From assembly GCA_001512625.1 (NCBI GenBank), contig LFTD01000109.1, forward strand, positions 1 through 53,702: DNA of 53,702 nt, written 5' to 3'. The notes below the pieces were generated by a model. The model was not told the origin of the DNA, did not search any database, and saw nothing but the letters and a program-made list of their open reading frames with translations. Positions 16,991 through 30,215 of this stretch are shown piece after piece (the stretch's first letter is position 1; each line of letters opens with the position of its first letter). Both the position numbers and the translations under genes were made by a program. The DNA is from Clostridiales bacterium DTU036. Lineage in GTDB: Bacteria; Bacillota; Clostridia; Peptostreptococcales; Acidaminobacteraceae.

Positions 16991-18949
16991 TTAGAATATT
17001 GAAGCGAAAACCAATGCTACAACAGTCATTAATTTAATAAGAATATTTAGAGAAGGACCAGATGTATCCTTGAAAGGGTCACCAACAGTGTCTCCAACAA
17101 CTCCAGCCATATGGGCTTCTGAACCCTTGCCACCATAGTGGCCTTCTTCAATATACTTCTTAGCGTTGTCCCAGGCTCCACCAGAGTTTGACATAAAGAT
17201 TGCCATTAGAACTCCAGTTACAAGTGAACCTGCCAGTAGACCACCAAGAGCAGCTGCACCCATGAATTTACCCACAACAAGGGGTACTACAACTGCCATA
17301 ACTCCTGGAAGGATCATTTCCTTAAGAGCAGCAGCTGTGGAGATATCAACGCAGCGGGCGTAGTCAGGAGTAGCCTTGTACTCCATAATACCAGGGATTT
17401 CTCTAAACTGACGACGAACTTCTTCTATCATGTGGTTGGCTGCTTTACCAACTGAATTCATGGTTAGGGCTGAGAAAACAAAGGGTAAGGTACCGCCAAT
17501 AAATAGGCCAACTGTAACCTTAGGATTCAGTATATCAATACTAGTAAGTCCAACCGATTCGGCATAGGATGCAAAAAGTCCTAGGGCTGTAAGGGCAGCT
17601 GAGCCAATGGCAAAGCCTTTACCAATAGCTGCAGTTGTATTTCCTACGGAGTCAAGTTTATCAGTAATCTCGCGGACCTCTTCTGGAAGCTCGCACATCT
17701 CAGCAATTCCACCAGCATTATCAGCAATTGGGCCATAGGCGTCAACTGCAACTGTAATACCGGCAGTACTTAGCATTCCAAGAGCTGCAAGTGCAATACC
17801 ATATAGACCTTGGAAATGGAAGGCTATAAGAATAGCAGCTGAGATAAAGACTATTGGAAGGGCAGTTGAGAGCATACCAACAGCAAGACCTGATATAATA
17901 GTTGTTGCTGGGCCGGTTTGTGACTGGTTAGCAATTTCCTTAACATGCTTATAATCAGCTGAAGTATAAATCTCAGTTATCTGTCCAATTAAAAGTCCAG
18001 ATACAAGACCAGCAATAATAGCAAAGGCAGCATTCATACTACCAAAATAATGAGTACTAAAGAATAGTGCGGCAGCAGCAACAACAATACTACTTACATA
18101 AGTAGCCATTGTAAGTGCCTTTTGCGGATTCGAGTCCTCACCACCCTTAACAAAAAAGGTCCCTATCATGGCAGCTATAATACCTACTGCTGCTAAAACT
18201 AATGGAAACTCAACGGCTCCTGCAACATTCAGGCTAACTCCCAGTGTCAGGGAAGCAACAATACTTCCAACATAGGATTCAAAAAGGTCGGCTCCCATAC
18301 CAGCAACGTCTCCAACATTATCGCCAACATTATCAGCGATAGTAGCAGGATTTCTTGGGTCATCCTCAGGGATACCTGCTTCAACCTTACCAACAAGGTC
18401 AGCACCAACGTCAGCGGCCTTGGTATAGATACCACCGCCAACCCTGGCAAAAAGAGCAATTGAAGAAGCTCCTAAGCTATAACCAGTTATAATATCATAG
18501 CGACCCGGGAAGATAAAAAGTACAAGCCCAACTCCTAGAAAGCCAAGGCCTACAACACTCATTCCCATAACAGCCCCGCCACCAAAGGCAACGCTTAGGG
18601 CCTTGTTCATACCACTGCTCATAGCTGCTGAAGCTGTTCTAACATTAGCTCTAGTTGAGATACGCATTCCTATGAAGCCAGCTAAAGCTGAAAGAATAGT
18701 TCCAATAGCAAAGGCAACGGCAGTTTGATAATTTATACCAATAGCTAATAAAATAAGTAATGTAACAGAGAAAATCGCAATATACATATACTCCCTGCGG
18801 ATAAAAGCCATGGCACCATCAGCGATATAGCCTGAGATTTCTCCCATCCTATCGGTGCCTGTATCCACGGGATTGATTTTTGTAGCAATCAAGTAATAGG
18901 TAAATGCGAGGGCAATAAGCCCAGTAATAATTGGCAGTAAGTCCATCAT
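16991..18949 (-). CDS. hppA: membrane-integral K+-dependent-type pyrophosphatase
   Basis: 652 aa and polytopic, with [33 protein letters not shown] and [16 protein letters not shown]. Confidence 0.95.
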   Translation of the reverse strand: MMDLLPIITGLIALAFTYYLIATKINPVDTGTDRMGEISGYIADGAMAFIRREYMYIAIFSVTLLILLAIGINYQTAVAFAIGTILSALAGFIGMRISTRANVRTASAAMSSGMNKALSVAFGGGAVMGMSVVGLGFLGVGLVLFIFPGRYDIITGYSLGASSIALFARVGGGIYTKAADVGADLVGKVEAGIPEDDPRNPATIADNVGDNVGDVAGMGADLFESYVGSIVASLTLGVSLNVAGAVEFPLVLAAVGIIAAMIGTFFVKGGEDSNPQKALTMATYVSSIVVAAAALFFSTHYFGSMNAAFAIIAGLVSGLLIGQITEIYTSADYKHVKEIANQSQTGPATTIISGLAVGMLSTALPIVFISAAILIAFHFQGLYGIALAALGMLSTAGITVAVDAYGPIADNAGGIAEMCELPEEVREITDKLDSVGNTTAAIGKGFAIGSAALTALGLFASYAESVGLTSIDILNPKVTVGLFIGGTLPFVFSALTMNSVGKAANHMIEEVRRQFREIPGIMEYKATPDYARCVDISTAAALKEMILPGVMAVVVPLVVGKFMGAAALGGLLAGSLVTGVLMAIFMSNSGGAWDNAKKYIEEGHYGGKGSEAHMAGVVGDTVGDPFKDTSGPSLNILIKLMTVVALVFASIF

Positions 18950-18964
18950 TTCTTTACCTCACGA

Positions 18965-19213
18965 TTAATTATACTTTTGTAATACCATTAAAATTATTGC
19001 ACTCAACATAAAAACAACAGCAGCAGCAGTTGTCATTTTTTCAAACATAGCATCTAAACTTCTCGCTTTTTGCTTTCCAAAAAGCTGCTCAGCACCTCCT
19101 CCAATGGAACCAGAAAGTCCTGCGGATTTTCCAGATTGCATTAAAACGCTGACAATTAAAACGAGACTTGCTAATAAGAATATGATTGTAAATATTATTG
19201 ACATTGTACTCAT
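18965..19213 (-). CDS. secG: preprotein translocase subunit SecG
   Basis: 82 aa with two TM segments and the central motif MQSGKSAGLSGSIGGGAEQLFG. Confidence 0.85.
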   Translation of the reverse strand: MSTMSIIFTIIFLLASLVLIVSVLMQSGKSAGLSGSIGGGAEQLFGKQKARSLDAMFEKMTTAAAVVFMLSAIILMVLQKYN

Positions 19214-19315
19214 CTTTTACCTCCTCCCATAACATATAGATGTTATCATAGCCCGGGTACCTTGGCAATAGAAATAAGAGCAGAATCAGATAAATAAATG
19301 AAAAAAATATCCTAT

Positions 19316-19343
19316 AAATAAAAAGAAGCAGCCGGAGCTGCTT
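19316..19343 (-). terminator. rho-independent terminator after the ferritin-like gene
   Basis: AAGCAGC-TCCG-GCTGCTT on the minus strand, followed by CTTTTTATTT. Confidence 0.7.
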
Positions 19344-19350
19344 AAAAAAC

Positions 19351-19830
19351 TTAGAGTCCTAAAAATCCTGAGGACATTTGATTTTTCTTTTCAAGAATCA
19401 TCTTGAGGTGTTCTCTTTCTTCTTTTAGAAGAATCTTGACTTCATCTGGAGCGAAATCTGGGAAGAAACCCATTACATCTTGAACATAGCCGGTGGCTTC
19501 TCTTTCAACGCGCTCTGCAATATCTAAGACTTGCCACTTATCTCTTATTTTGGAGAATTTATCAAAATCAAAATTTTCTCCAATAACTGAGTTATCAAAC
19601 ATATTCTTAATGTACTCTGCGTCCTCATCTGATAGAATAACAGTTTCGTTTTCAGAGGCCATCTCACCTAGTCTAGTGTAAATCTTGGCATGACGATACT
19701 CATCTGCAGCAAGCTTTTCAAAGAACTTACCATATCCTCCTCTGACCTCATCGCTAATGCTGTCATAGAACTTTCCAACTCTTTCTTCAAAACCACAAAT
19801 GGCTTCGAATACATCTTTTACGGTTTTCAT
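19351..19830 (-). CDS. ferritin-like/rubrerythrin-like diiron four-helix-bundle protein
   Basis: 159 aa with two E-x-x-H motifs (DEYRH and EEREH) plus paired upstream Glu residues. Confidence 0.6.
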   Translation of the reverse strand: MKTVKDVFEAICGFEERVGKFYDSISDEVRGGYGKFFEKLAADEYRHAKIYTRLGEMASENETVILSDEDAEYIKNMFDNSVIGENFDFDKFSKIRDKWQVLDIAERVEREATGYVQDVMGFFPDFAPDEVKILLKEEREHLKMILEKKNQMSSGFLGL

Positions 19831-19864
19831 GAAATCCTCCTTATTATGTCTATAATCAATTACA

Positions 19865-19873
19865 ATTATAACA
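19865..19873 (-). promoter_or_regulatory. extended -10 (TGTTATAAT) upstream of the ferritin-like gene
   Basis: Reverse complement of 19865-19873 reads TGTTATAAT, about 35 nt upstream of ATG 19830. Confidence 0.35.
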
Positions 19874-19881
19874 TAGTTTTC

Positions 19882-21033
19882 TTAATCAGTATAGACCTCC
19901 CCGTCAATTACTGTCATTTGACAGCTAGTATAATTAGAGAAGGGATCTCCATCAAATACAGCAAAATCAGCATCCTTGCCAACTTCAATACTACCTAGCC
20001 TATGATCCAGTTGTATTATCTTAGCAGCTTCAAGGGTAACACCAGCTAAGGCAACATTCCAATCAAGGCCTCTTTTGACTAGAAGCCCAATATGCATAAG
20101 AAGCTGCCAGGTATTATAGTCGGTATCCTCTGTTAAAGCCAGGCTTACCCCAGCCTCACTAAGCTCTTTTGCGTTATCTAGCGAGATATCCCAGAGCTCA
20201 AGCTTTTGAGGTGAAAGGGTGGTTGGTCCCACAACACACTTAACCTGTTCCTTAGCCAAATAGTCTTTAATCTTATAACCTTCTGTAACATGCTCCACAA
20301 CATAATCAAGTCCAAACTCCTTGGCAATTCTAGTGGCAGTAACTATATCATCTGCCCTATGGGCATGGATCCTGCATCTCATCTGCCCCCTAACAACTGG
20401 CACCAAGGGATCTTTCTCAAAATCAGGAGCAGGTTTCTTTCCCTCTCCCCTCTCATAGGCAAGAAGCTCATCGCTGTAAACCTTGGCTTCAAAAAGAGTT
20501 TTTCTAAGTAGGCCCGCTACACCCATTCTAGTAACGGGTAACTTCTGTTGGAGGCCAAAAAACCTCTTTGGATTTTCACCTAGAGCCATCTTCATCATAT
20601 CAGTACCAGGAATATGCATATCCAGAGCTGTTTTACCTCTAAGTTTAATGGCACAGCCTATTCCCCCAACAACATTTGCAGAGCCAGGAGTTGTAAAAAC
20701 TGTAGTAAATCCCGCCTGCCTAGTTCTAGCCACAGCCACATCTTCTGGATTTACTGCATCAAGAGCCCTAACATAGGGAGTAACAGGAGATGAGTATTCA
20801 TTGCCATCTTTGACATCAGGAAGGGTAGATCTACCCTGGAAGTTACAAATATGGGTATGGGGGTCAATTAGTCCAGGTGTTAAAACAAGTCCACTGCCAT
20901 CGATAATATCAGTTCCTTCAGGTGTTTTTATATCCTGACCATAGGCTAAAATCTTTTCATCAAAGAGGATTGAAGCCCCGTCTAGGCTTACTCCAGTTCC
21001 TGTGTATATTTTTACATTCTTAATTAATTTCAT
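19882..21033 (-). CDS. amidohydrolase family protein (metal-dependent, COG1228-like)
   Basis: 383 aa. PGLIDPHTHI is the metal-binding H-x-H motif. It is the last gene after oppF. Confidence 0.8.
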   Translation of the reverse strand: MKLIKNVKIYTGTGVSLDGASILFDEKILAYGQDIKTPEGTDIIDGSGLVLTPGLIDPHTHICNFQGRSTLPDVKDGNEYSSPVTPYVRALDAVNPEDVAVARTRQAGFTTVFTTPGSANVVGGIGCAIKLRGKTALDMHIPGTDMMKMALGENPKRFFGLQQKLPVTRMGVAGLLRKTLFEAKVYSDELLAYERGEGKKPAPDFEKDPLVPVVRGQMRCRIHAHRADDIVTATRIAKEFGLDYVVEHVTEGYKIKDYLAKEQVKCVVGPTTLSPQKLELWDISLDNAKELSEAGVSLALTEDTDYNTWQLLMHIGLLVKRGLDWNVALAGVTLEAAKIIQLDHRLGSIEVGKDADFAVFDGDPFSNYTSCQMTVIDGEVYTD

Positions 21034-21065
21034 AAATTTCTCCTCAAAAAAAGCCAGGGTTACCC

Positions 21066-22031
21066 CTAGCTTTCTTTCTCTTCATCGTAAAGGAAACATG
21101 CAACCCAGTGTTGGGGCTTAATTTCCAAAAATTTAGGTTCTTCCTTAAAGCATCTATCAAAGGCTTTAGGACAGCGGTTGGCAAAACGACAAGCCGCTGG
21201 CGGCTCAATAGGTGAAGTAATCTCACCTTCTATCAGAATCCTCTCACTCTTATAATGAATATCAGGAACTGGGATAGCTGATAAGAGAGCCTCAGTATAA
21301 GGATGCAAAGGGTCAAGGAAAATATCATCTGCACTGGCCTTTTCTATAATCTTACCAAGATACATAACAGCGATATCATCAGAAAAGTGATTTACGACCG
21401 ATAAGTCGTGGGTTATAAACATATAAGTAAGTCCCATCTTATCCTGAAGATCTTGTAGCAAGTTTAGTATCTGTGCTTGAATAGAAACGTCAAGGGCAGA
21501 AACAGGCTCATCACATACAATAAACTTTGGTTCTAAGGCTAAGGCTCTGGCAATTCCAATCCTCTGGCGACGCCCTCCATCCAGCTCATGGGGGTAAGCA
21601 TTTACCAGACGCTCAGCAAGTCCTACTATCTCCATAATTTCAAGAACCTTTTTCATGCGCTCCTTGTTACTACCATACATCTTATGGATTATCATAGGCT
21701 CCATGATGGTTTCACTAATGGTTCTTCTAGGGTTAAGTGAAGCAAAGGGGTCCTGGAAAATTATCTGGAGCTCCTTACGCATTTCTCTCATTTCTTTTTT
21801 ATTTAGAGTGGCGAGGTCCCTTCCCTCAAAAAGGATTTGACCGCCATTTGGTTCTAGAAGGCGTAGTAAAGCCCTTCCAGTAGTGGATTTTCCACAACCA
21901 CTCTCTCCAACAACACCTAAGGTTTTTCCTTTATCAATAGTAAAGCTTACATCATCAACAGCATGGAGCATACCTCTTGGTGTTTTGAAATATTTTTTTA
22001 AGTTTTTAGCTTCAATAAGTGGACTAGTCAC
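21066..22031 (-). CDS. oppF: oligopeptide ABC transporter ATP-binding protein
   Basis: Walker A GESGCGKST, signature and Walker B, and the C-terminal oligopeptide-type extension (CRFANRCP). Confidence 0.9.
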   Translation of the reverse strand: MTSPLIEAKNLKKYFKTPRGMLHAVDDVSFTIDKGKTLGVVGESGCGKSTTGRALLRLLEPNGGQILFEGRDLATLNKKEMREMRKELQIIFQDPFASLNPRRTISETIMEPMIIHKMYGSNKERMKKVLEIMEIVGLAERLVNAYPHELDGGRRQRIGIARALALEPKFIVCDEPVSALDVSIQAQILNLLQDLQDKMGLTYMFITHDLSVVNHFSDDIAVMYLGKIIEKASADDIFLDPLHPYTEALLSAIPVPDIHYKSERILIEGEITSPIEPPAACRFANRCPKAFDRCFKEEPKFLEIKPQHWVACFLYDEEKES

Positions 22032-23025
22032 GTTTAATCACCCCACCTTCCTTTATATTGGCTTCATTGTAGAGGTGGCACTCTGTATAGTGCTCTTCAG
22101 TTCTGAAAACTCTAGGTGGCTTTTCCTTGCTACAAATATCCATAGCATAATCACACCTTGGATGGAAGGGACAGCCAGTAGGTAAATCACTGGGGTCAGG
22201 CATAAGGCCTTTAATTGGCTTTAGCTTCTGAGTCCTATCAGCAAGGTTGGGTAGAGAGTTAAAGAGTCCCTCTGTGTAGGGGTGCCTAGTGTTATCAAAG
22301 ATATCAACAAGATTACCCTGCTCCACTATTCTACCTGCATAGATTACTGATACCTTGTCACAAATTTCTGCAACAATACCCAGGTCATGGGTAATCATCA
22401 GCATGGCTGTATTATATTCTTCCTTAAGATGTTTCATCATATCTAGAACCTGGGCCTGGATAGTTACATCCAGAGCTGTTGTAGGCTCATCTGCTATAAG
22501 AAGCTTGGGGTTTCCCGCTAAAGCAATAGCTATAACAACTCTTTGCTTCATTCCTCCAGAAAACTGGTGAGGGTACTCACTACCACGGGCAGCTGGAATA
22601 CCAACAAGTTCTAGGATTTCATGACTCTTTTTAAGAGCCTCAGCTTCTTTAATATTTTCGTGGAGTTCATAAACTTCAGCAATTTGTTTTTCAACAGTCA
22701 TAACTGGGTTAAGGCTGGTCATGGGGTCCTGGAAGATCATAGAAACATCATAACCTCTCATTCCCTCCATCTCTTTTTCATTTGATTCTTGAACATTCTT
22801 GCCGTCTAAATAAATCTCTCCATCTACAACCACTCCTGGTGGGTCGGGTATTAACTTAAGAATTCCCAGGCCAGTTGTAGTTTTACCAGCTCCTGTCTCT
22901 CCAACTAAACCATGGGTTTCACCTGGCGAAATTGTTAAATCAAGACCATTAAGGGCTTGGACGACCCCATCTTCGGTTCTATACTCTACAACAAGATTTT
23001 TTATTTCTAAAATTGGTTTATCCAT
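22024..23025 (-). CDS. oppD: oligopeptide ABC transporter ATP-binding protein
   Basis: Walker A GETGAGKT, signature FSGGMKQR and C-terminal CPFHPRC. ATG 23025 with AGGAGG upstream is preferred over the track start 23055. Confidence 0.9.
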   Translation of the reverse strand: MDKPILEIKNLVVEYRTEDGVVQALNGLDLTISPGETHGLVGETGAGKTTTGLGILKLIPDPPGVVVDGEIYLDGKNVQESNEKEMEGMRGYDVSMIFQDPMTSLNPVMTVEKQIAEVYELHENIKEAEALKKSHEILELVGIPAARGSEYPHQFSGGMKQRVVIAIALAGNPKLLIADEPTTALDVTIQAQVLDMMKHLKEEYNTAMLMITHDLGIVAEICDKVSVIYAGRIVEQGNLVDIFDNTRHPYTEGLFNSLPNLADRTQKLKPIKGLMPDPSDLPTGCPFHPRCDYAMDICSKEKPPRVFRTEEHYTECHLYNEANIKEGGVIKRD

Positions 23026-23035
23026 TAGTTTCCTC

Positions 23036-23902
23036 CTACTTAAGCCTTGGGTCAAGGGCGTCCCTTAGACCATCACCGAGTAGGTTAAGGGCCAAAATAG
23101 TTATCATAATGGCAAAACCTGGGAAGGCGGTCATATAGGAATGGCCAACTATATATGTCCTACCAGCTGAAAGCATGGCTCCCCACTCAGGTGTAGGAGG
23201 TGCTACCCCTAAACCTAGGAAACTGAGTCCAGCAATAGTTAGTATTATAGAAGCAACATTTAGGGTTGTATGAACAATAACAGGTGCCAAGGCATTGGGG
23301 ATAACGTGGTTAAGTACTATCCTAGAGTCCTTTGCTCCAATTGCTCTAGCTGCCTCAATATACTCTACGTCCCTAACAGTGATTACAGAACTTCTAATGA
23401 TTCTGGCAAAGCCAGGAACAGAAGAAATAGCAAGAGCTATAATTAGATTTCTTATATTTGAGCCCAGTGCAGCAGCTATGGTTATAGCAAAGAGGGTTCC
23501 TGGGATAGCTAGGAAGATATCCATAAACCTCATTATTACGTTATCAATTACCCCACCATAGTAACCACCTACTGCTCCCAGAAAACCTCCTACAATAAAT
23601 GCTATAGCAACAGCTGAAAAACCAACACTTAAAGAAACCCTTGCTCCATAAATAATTCTAGGAAAAATCTGGCGACCTAGGTCATCGGTACCAAAGATGT
23701 AAGTCTTACTAGGATGCTGAAGCCTTTCTGGAATGTTTTGCTTAATAATAACCTCGTCATAGTCATAGAAAAATGGAGAAGTCACTGCTGCTACAATTAA
23801 CATAATAACTATGGCTAGACCTACCATGGCAGTTTTATTTCTTCCTAAACGCTGGAGCACCTCTACGATAGGGCCCTTCTTCTTATGTTTTTTAGCTTCC
23901 AT
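23036..23902 (-). CDS. oppC: oligopeptide ABC transporter permease
   Basis: 288 aa, with an OppC/DppC-type N-terminus and the EAA-like loop (EYIEAARAIGA). Confidence 0.9.
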   Translation of the reverse strand: MEAKKHKKKGPIVEVLQRLGRNKTAMVGLAIVIMLIVAAVTSPFFYDYDEVIIKQNIPERLQHPSKTYIFGTDDLGRQIFPRIIYGARVSLSVGFSAVAIAFIVGGFLGAVGGYYGGVIDNVIMRFMDIFLAIPGTLFAITIAAALGSNIRNLIIALAISSVPGFARIIRSSVITVRDVEYIEAARAIGAKDSRIVLNHVIPNALAPVIVHTTLNVASIILTIAGLSFLGLGVAPPTPEWGAMLSAGRTYIVGHSYMTAFPGFAIMITILALNLLGDGLRDALDPRLK

Positions 23903-23910
23903 AAATCCTC

Positions 23911-24837
23911 CTAAGAATACTGGGCCTTGATCCTAGGATCAACATAGGCATATAGTAGGTCAACAAGTAGGTTAACAATAGAGAAGACTATAGTAAAGAC
24001 TAGGATACATCCAAGCACAACAGGAATATCTCGGCCCTGAATGGAGAAGATTATGAGCCTTCCTATACCTGGTAGTGAGAAAACAGACTCTGTAAGAACA
24101 GAGCCCGCCATCAAAGCACCAATCTGTAATCCAACAACTGTAATTGTTGGGATAAGTGCATTGGGAAGGGCGTGTTGGGTAACAACTTGGTTATAGGGCA
24201 TTCCCTTACTTCTAGCAGTACGGATATAGTCCTGGCGGATTACCTCCAGCATAGAAGACCGAGTGGTTCTAGCTATTGAAGCCATACTGTGGAAGCCCAG
24301 GGCTATACCTGGTAAAACAAAGCTTTTCCAGCTCTCTGCTCCAGATGAAGGAAACCAGCCTAGTTTTTGAGCAAACTGAATAAGTAATAGTATTCCAAGC
24401 CAGAATATTGGCATGGATATCCCCAGTAATGCAATAAACATACTGAGTCCATCGAATAAGGTATTTTGCTTAATAGCAGCAACAACACCTAGGGGAATTG
24501 CCACAATTACCGCAATTATAATAGCTGAAAATGTAAGTTTAAGTGTTGTTGGGATCCTAGCAGCTATCTCTGTGATAACTGGTCCCTTGGACTTGTAAGA
24601 TGTACCTAAATCTCCTTTAAGAAGTCCCTTGGCATAGCGTAAATACTGAACAATTATTGGGTCATCAAGTCCTAACTCTTCACGGAGCTGGGCTATGGCC
24701 TCTGGAGTGGCCTGATCACCAAGAATAGCCTTGGCTGGGTCTCCAGGAGCAACGCTCATAATTATATAAACTAATAGGGTAACTCCGAAAAGAACAGGGA
24801 TAAGATAAAGCAATCGCTTTAATATATATTTCCACAT
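23911..24837 (-). CDS. oppB: oligopeptide ABC transporter permease
   Basis: 308 aa. N-terminal MWKYILKRLL and DYIRTARSKG are typical of OppB/DppB. Confidence 0.9.
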   Translation of the reverse strand: MWKYILKRLLYLIPVLFGVTLLVYIIMSVAPGDPAKAILGDQATPEAIAQLREELGLDDPIIVQYLRYAKGLLKGDLGTSYKSKGPVITEIAARIPTTLKLTFSAIIIAVIVAIPLGVVAAIKQNTLFDGLSMFIALLGISMPIFWLGILLLIQFAQKLGWFPSSGAESWKSFVLPGIALGFHSMASIARTTRSSMLEVIRQDYIRTARSKGMPYNQVVTQHALPNALIPTITVVGLQIGALMAGSVLTESVFSLPGIGRLIIFSIQGRDIPVVLGCILVFTIVFSIVNLLVDLLYAYVDPRIKAQYS

Positions 24838-24852
24838 AATAAGGTTCCTTTC

Positions 24853-24889
24853 AAAAAATGGCTATCCCATCCCTAAGGATGAGATAGCC
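24853..24889 (-). terminator. strong hairpin plus T-tract after oppA (intra-operon attenuator)
   Basis: The minus strand reads GGCTATCTCATCC-TTAG-GGATGGGATAGCC. This is a 13-bp stem with one G-U pair, followed by ATTTTTT. Confidence 0.6.
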
Positions 24890-24910
24890 AAAGACTTTAA
24901 AAATCTATTT

Positions 24911-26503
24911 CTACCACTCCCACTCTTGGGCGAAGAAAGATCCACCTGCTGTTACAAAGGTATTCTTTAGGTTAGCTTTGTGTGTGGAAAGATTGTAATC
25001 TTGGTAGAGTGGCACTTGTGGACAAAGTTCATTAAGGAACTTTGTAGCTTGTTGTAGAACTGCTTCTCTTTCGTCTTGGTCAAGAGTCTTGGTAGCTTTG
25101 ATGATTAGTTCATCTAGTTCTGGTTCAGCGGTCCTTGTCTTGTTAGAAGAACCAATATTTGTAGATAGGTAAACTCCCTTAAGGAAGCTCATCATCTCAT
25201 TAGATGTATATCCACCAATAAAACCAGTAAAGTTACCATCAGCTGTTTCAGAAAGATAGGTAGCAAGGTCCATGGAGCTAATTGTAGATTCAATACCAAT
25301 CTCTTTAAGGTTGGCTTGAATAACTTCAGCAGCACGACGCTTGGTATCATTGGAGCAGATCATATCAAGTTTGATAGTAGCAGGATCACCACCCCACTCT
25401 TCTAGATACTCCTTAGCTAGCTCAACATCATAGGCATCATACTCACCAGTGTACTCACCTAGCATACCTGTAGGAGTTTGGGACTCAGCTACAACACCAG
25501 TTCCACTTAGGGCAACTGTAATAACGTCTTCTTTGTTAATAGCGGCATTGATGGCCTTACGAACTAATACATTATCAAAGGGCTCAACTTCGTTATTAAC
25601 TGTTAGCCAGTTGTGAGAAACTGTAGGAGTCTTCATAACTGTAACATTTGAGTTAGCGTCTAACTGAGCTAGTGAAGTAGAGTCAGTTTCAATAATATAG
25701 TCAACATCGCCTGCTTCAATAGCAATTGTTCTGGCATTTCCTTCTGGAATAATTTTCCAAACAATGTTCTTAATCTTTGGAGCTCTTTCAGCGTTGAAGT
25801 ATTCTTCGTGAGCTGTGAACTCTAGTTGCTCTCCACGATTCCATTTAACAAACTTATAGGGGCCAGCACCAATTGGCTCATTGTTAAGAATTTCTGGATC
25901 CTCAGCAAGTTTGTCTAACTGAGCTTTGGGAACAATGTAGTTTCCGTGGTGGCTTAGGTCATAAAGTAAGCTAGCTGAAGGACCATCAGTGATAATTTTT
26001 ACTGTAAGTTCATCAACTTTTTCAACGCTTACAATTGACTGGGTATAGCTTTGAATATCAGGGGAGACTTTAGCATGCTCTATAGAAGCAACAACGTCAT
26101 CTGCATTCATTACACTACCATCGTGGAATTTAATTCCTTCATGAATAGTCATAAGCCATATAGTTTCTTCGCCATTGGCATCCTTCTCAACTTTGTAGCT
26201 TTCTACAAGGTCTGGTGTAGGATTAAGCTCTTTGTCTAAACGGAATAGACCATTATGTGTAAGTTTATTGACATAGTCACCAGCTACAGCGTTATGGCCT
26301 GCAGTTGTTAGTGATGGAGTTTCGTCAGCTGTACAGATAACTACTGTGTCCTTGTCAACAGCTGGACCAGCTTTAGCATTGTCTGTTGGAGCTGCATCTC
26401 CATTAGTCTCACCCTTTGTGTCGCTGCCACCGCAGCCAACAAATAGGGTAAGTGTAAGTAAGAGCACCATTAAAAGGCTTAATACTCTCATTTTTTTGTT
26501 CAT
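24911..26503 (-). CDS. oppA: peptide ABC transporter substrate-binding lipoprotein (family 5 SBP)
   Basis: 530 aa with signal peptide and lipobox LFVGC, followed by a family-5 SBP body. Confidence 0.85.
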   Translation of the reverse strand: MNKKMRVLSLLMVLLLTLTLFVGCGGSDTKGETNGDAAPTDNAKAGPAVDKDTVVICTADETPSLTTAGHNAVAGDYVNKLTHNGLFRLDKELNPTPDLVESYKVEKDANGEETIWLMTIHEGIKFHDGSVMNADDVVASIEHAKVSPDIQSYTQSIVSVEKVDELTVKIITDGPSASLLYDLSHHGNYIVPKAQLDKLAEDPEILNNEPIGAGPYKFVKWNRGEQLEFTAHEEYFNAERAPKIKNIVWKIIPEGNARTIAIEAGDVDYIIETDSTSLAQLDANSNVTVMKTPTVSHNWLTVNNEVEPFDNVLVRKAINAAINKEDVITVALSGTGVVAESQTPTGMLGEYTGEYDAYDVELAKEYLEEWGGDPATIKLDMICSNDTKRRAAEVIQANLKEIGIESTISSMDLATYLSETADGNFTGFIGGYTSNEMMSFLKGVYLSTNIGSSNKTRTAEPELDELIIKATKTLDQDEREAVLQQATKFLNELCPQVPLYQDYNLSTHKANLKNTFVTAGGSFFAQEWEW

Positions 26504-26536
26504 AAGTCACCTCTCTTTAAATTTTGGTATGTTGCT

Positions 26537-26565
26537 ATTGTACTTTATAAGATTTGCATCGTCAA
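26537..26565 (-). promoter_or_regulatory. putative sigma-A promoter of the opp operon
   Basis: Minus strand: TTGACG (26560-26565), 17-nt spacer, TACAAT (26537-26542). Confidence 0.5.
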
Positions 26566-26613
26566 GGAAATTCATTGGAATCAACAATACTATTGACTCC
26601 AGTTAGTTACATT

Positions 26614-26655
26614 AAAAAAGGGCTAAAACCTTGTATTTTAAGGTTCGGGCCCTTT
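26614..26655 (-). terminator. rho-independent terminator after eno
   Basis: Composite hairpin AAGGGC..AACCTT-loop-AAGGTT..GCCCTT followed by TTTT on the minus strand. Confidence 0.65.
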
Positions 26656-26685
26656 AAAAAGGATAACTAAAATATAAACAATTAA

Positions 26686-29474
<2,789 letters not shown>

Positions 29475-30215
29475 TTAGTACTCCAAGAGCTTGGCGAAGC
29501 TCTCAGGATCTAGACTGGCTCCCCCAACAAGGGCTCCATCTATATCCTCTTTACTCATAAGTTCCTTAATATTAGAGGGATTAACGCTGCCTCCATAAAG
29601 GATAGAGACTCCTCCAGCGACCTGGCTGCCATAGAGCTCTTCTACAACCTCCCTAATATACCCATTCATTTCCTGGGCATCATCAGCTGATGCAGTCCTG
29701 CCAGTTCCTATAGCCCAGACTGGCTCATAGGCAATAATTATCCTCTTCATATCTTCAGCTGAAAGGCCTTCAAGTGCCCTTTTAACCTGGCCCTCTACAA
29801 CCTCTTTTTCCCTGCCGGCCTCCCTTTCTTCTAGAAGCTCCCCTACACATAGGATAGCTTCCATAGATTGGCCAAGAACTCTTTTAATCTTTTTATTTAC
29901 TATCTCATCGGTCTCATTATAGTAGCTGCGTCTTTCAGAGTGACCAACCAGGCTAATAGCTATACCTAGTTCACTAATCATTTGTGCAGATAACTCTCCA
30001 GTGTAGGCCCCAGCCTCCTCCTCATGAACATTCTGGGAAGCCAGTTCCAGTCCTGGAACCAGGCTTTCTTTCATGGGACCAAGGGCTATGGAAGGGGGAC
30101 AGATAATTATCCTCTGGCCTTCCTTGCTAGAAAAATTAAGCTTCTCAAGAAAACTAAGTCCCTTACTAGGTCCATTATTCATCTTCCAGTTGCCAGCAAT
30201 TATTTCTTTTCTCAT
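29475..30215 (-). CDS. tpiA: triosephosphate isomerase
   Basis: 246 aa with AGNWKMN, GHSERR, AYEPVWAIGTG and GGASL. Confidence 0.95.
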   Translation of the reverse strand: MRKEIIAGNWKMNNGPSKGLSFLEKLNFSSKEGQRIIICPPSIALGPMKESLVPGLELASQNVHEEEAGAYTGELSAQMISELGIAISLVGHSERRSYYNETDEIVNKKIKRVLGQSMEAILCVGELLEEREAGREKEVVEGQVKRALEGLSAEDMKRIIIAYEPVWAIGTGRTASADDAQEMNGYIREVVEELYGSQVAGGVSILYGGSVNPSNIKELMSKEDIDGALVGGASLDPESFAKLLEY

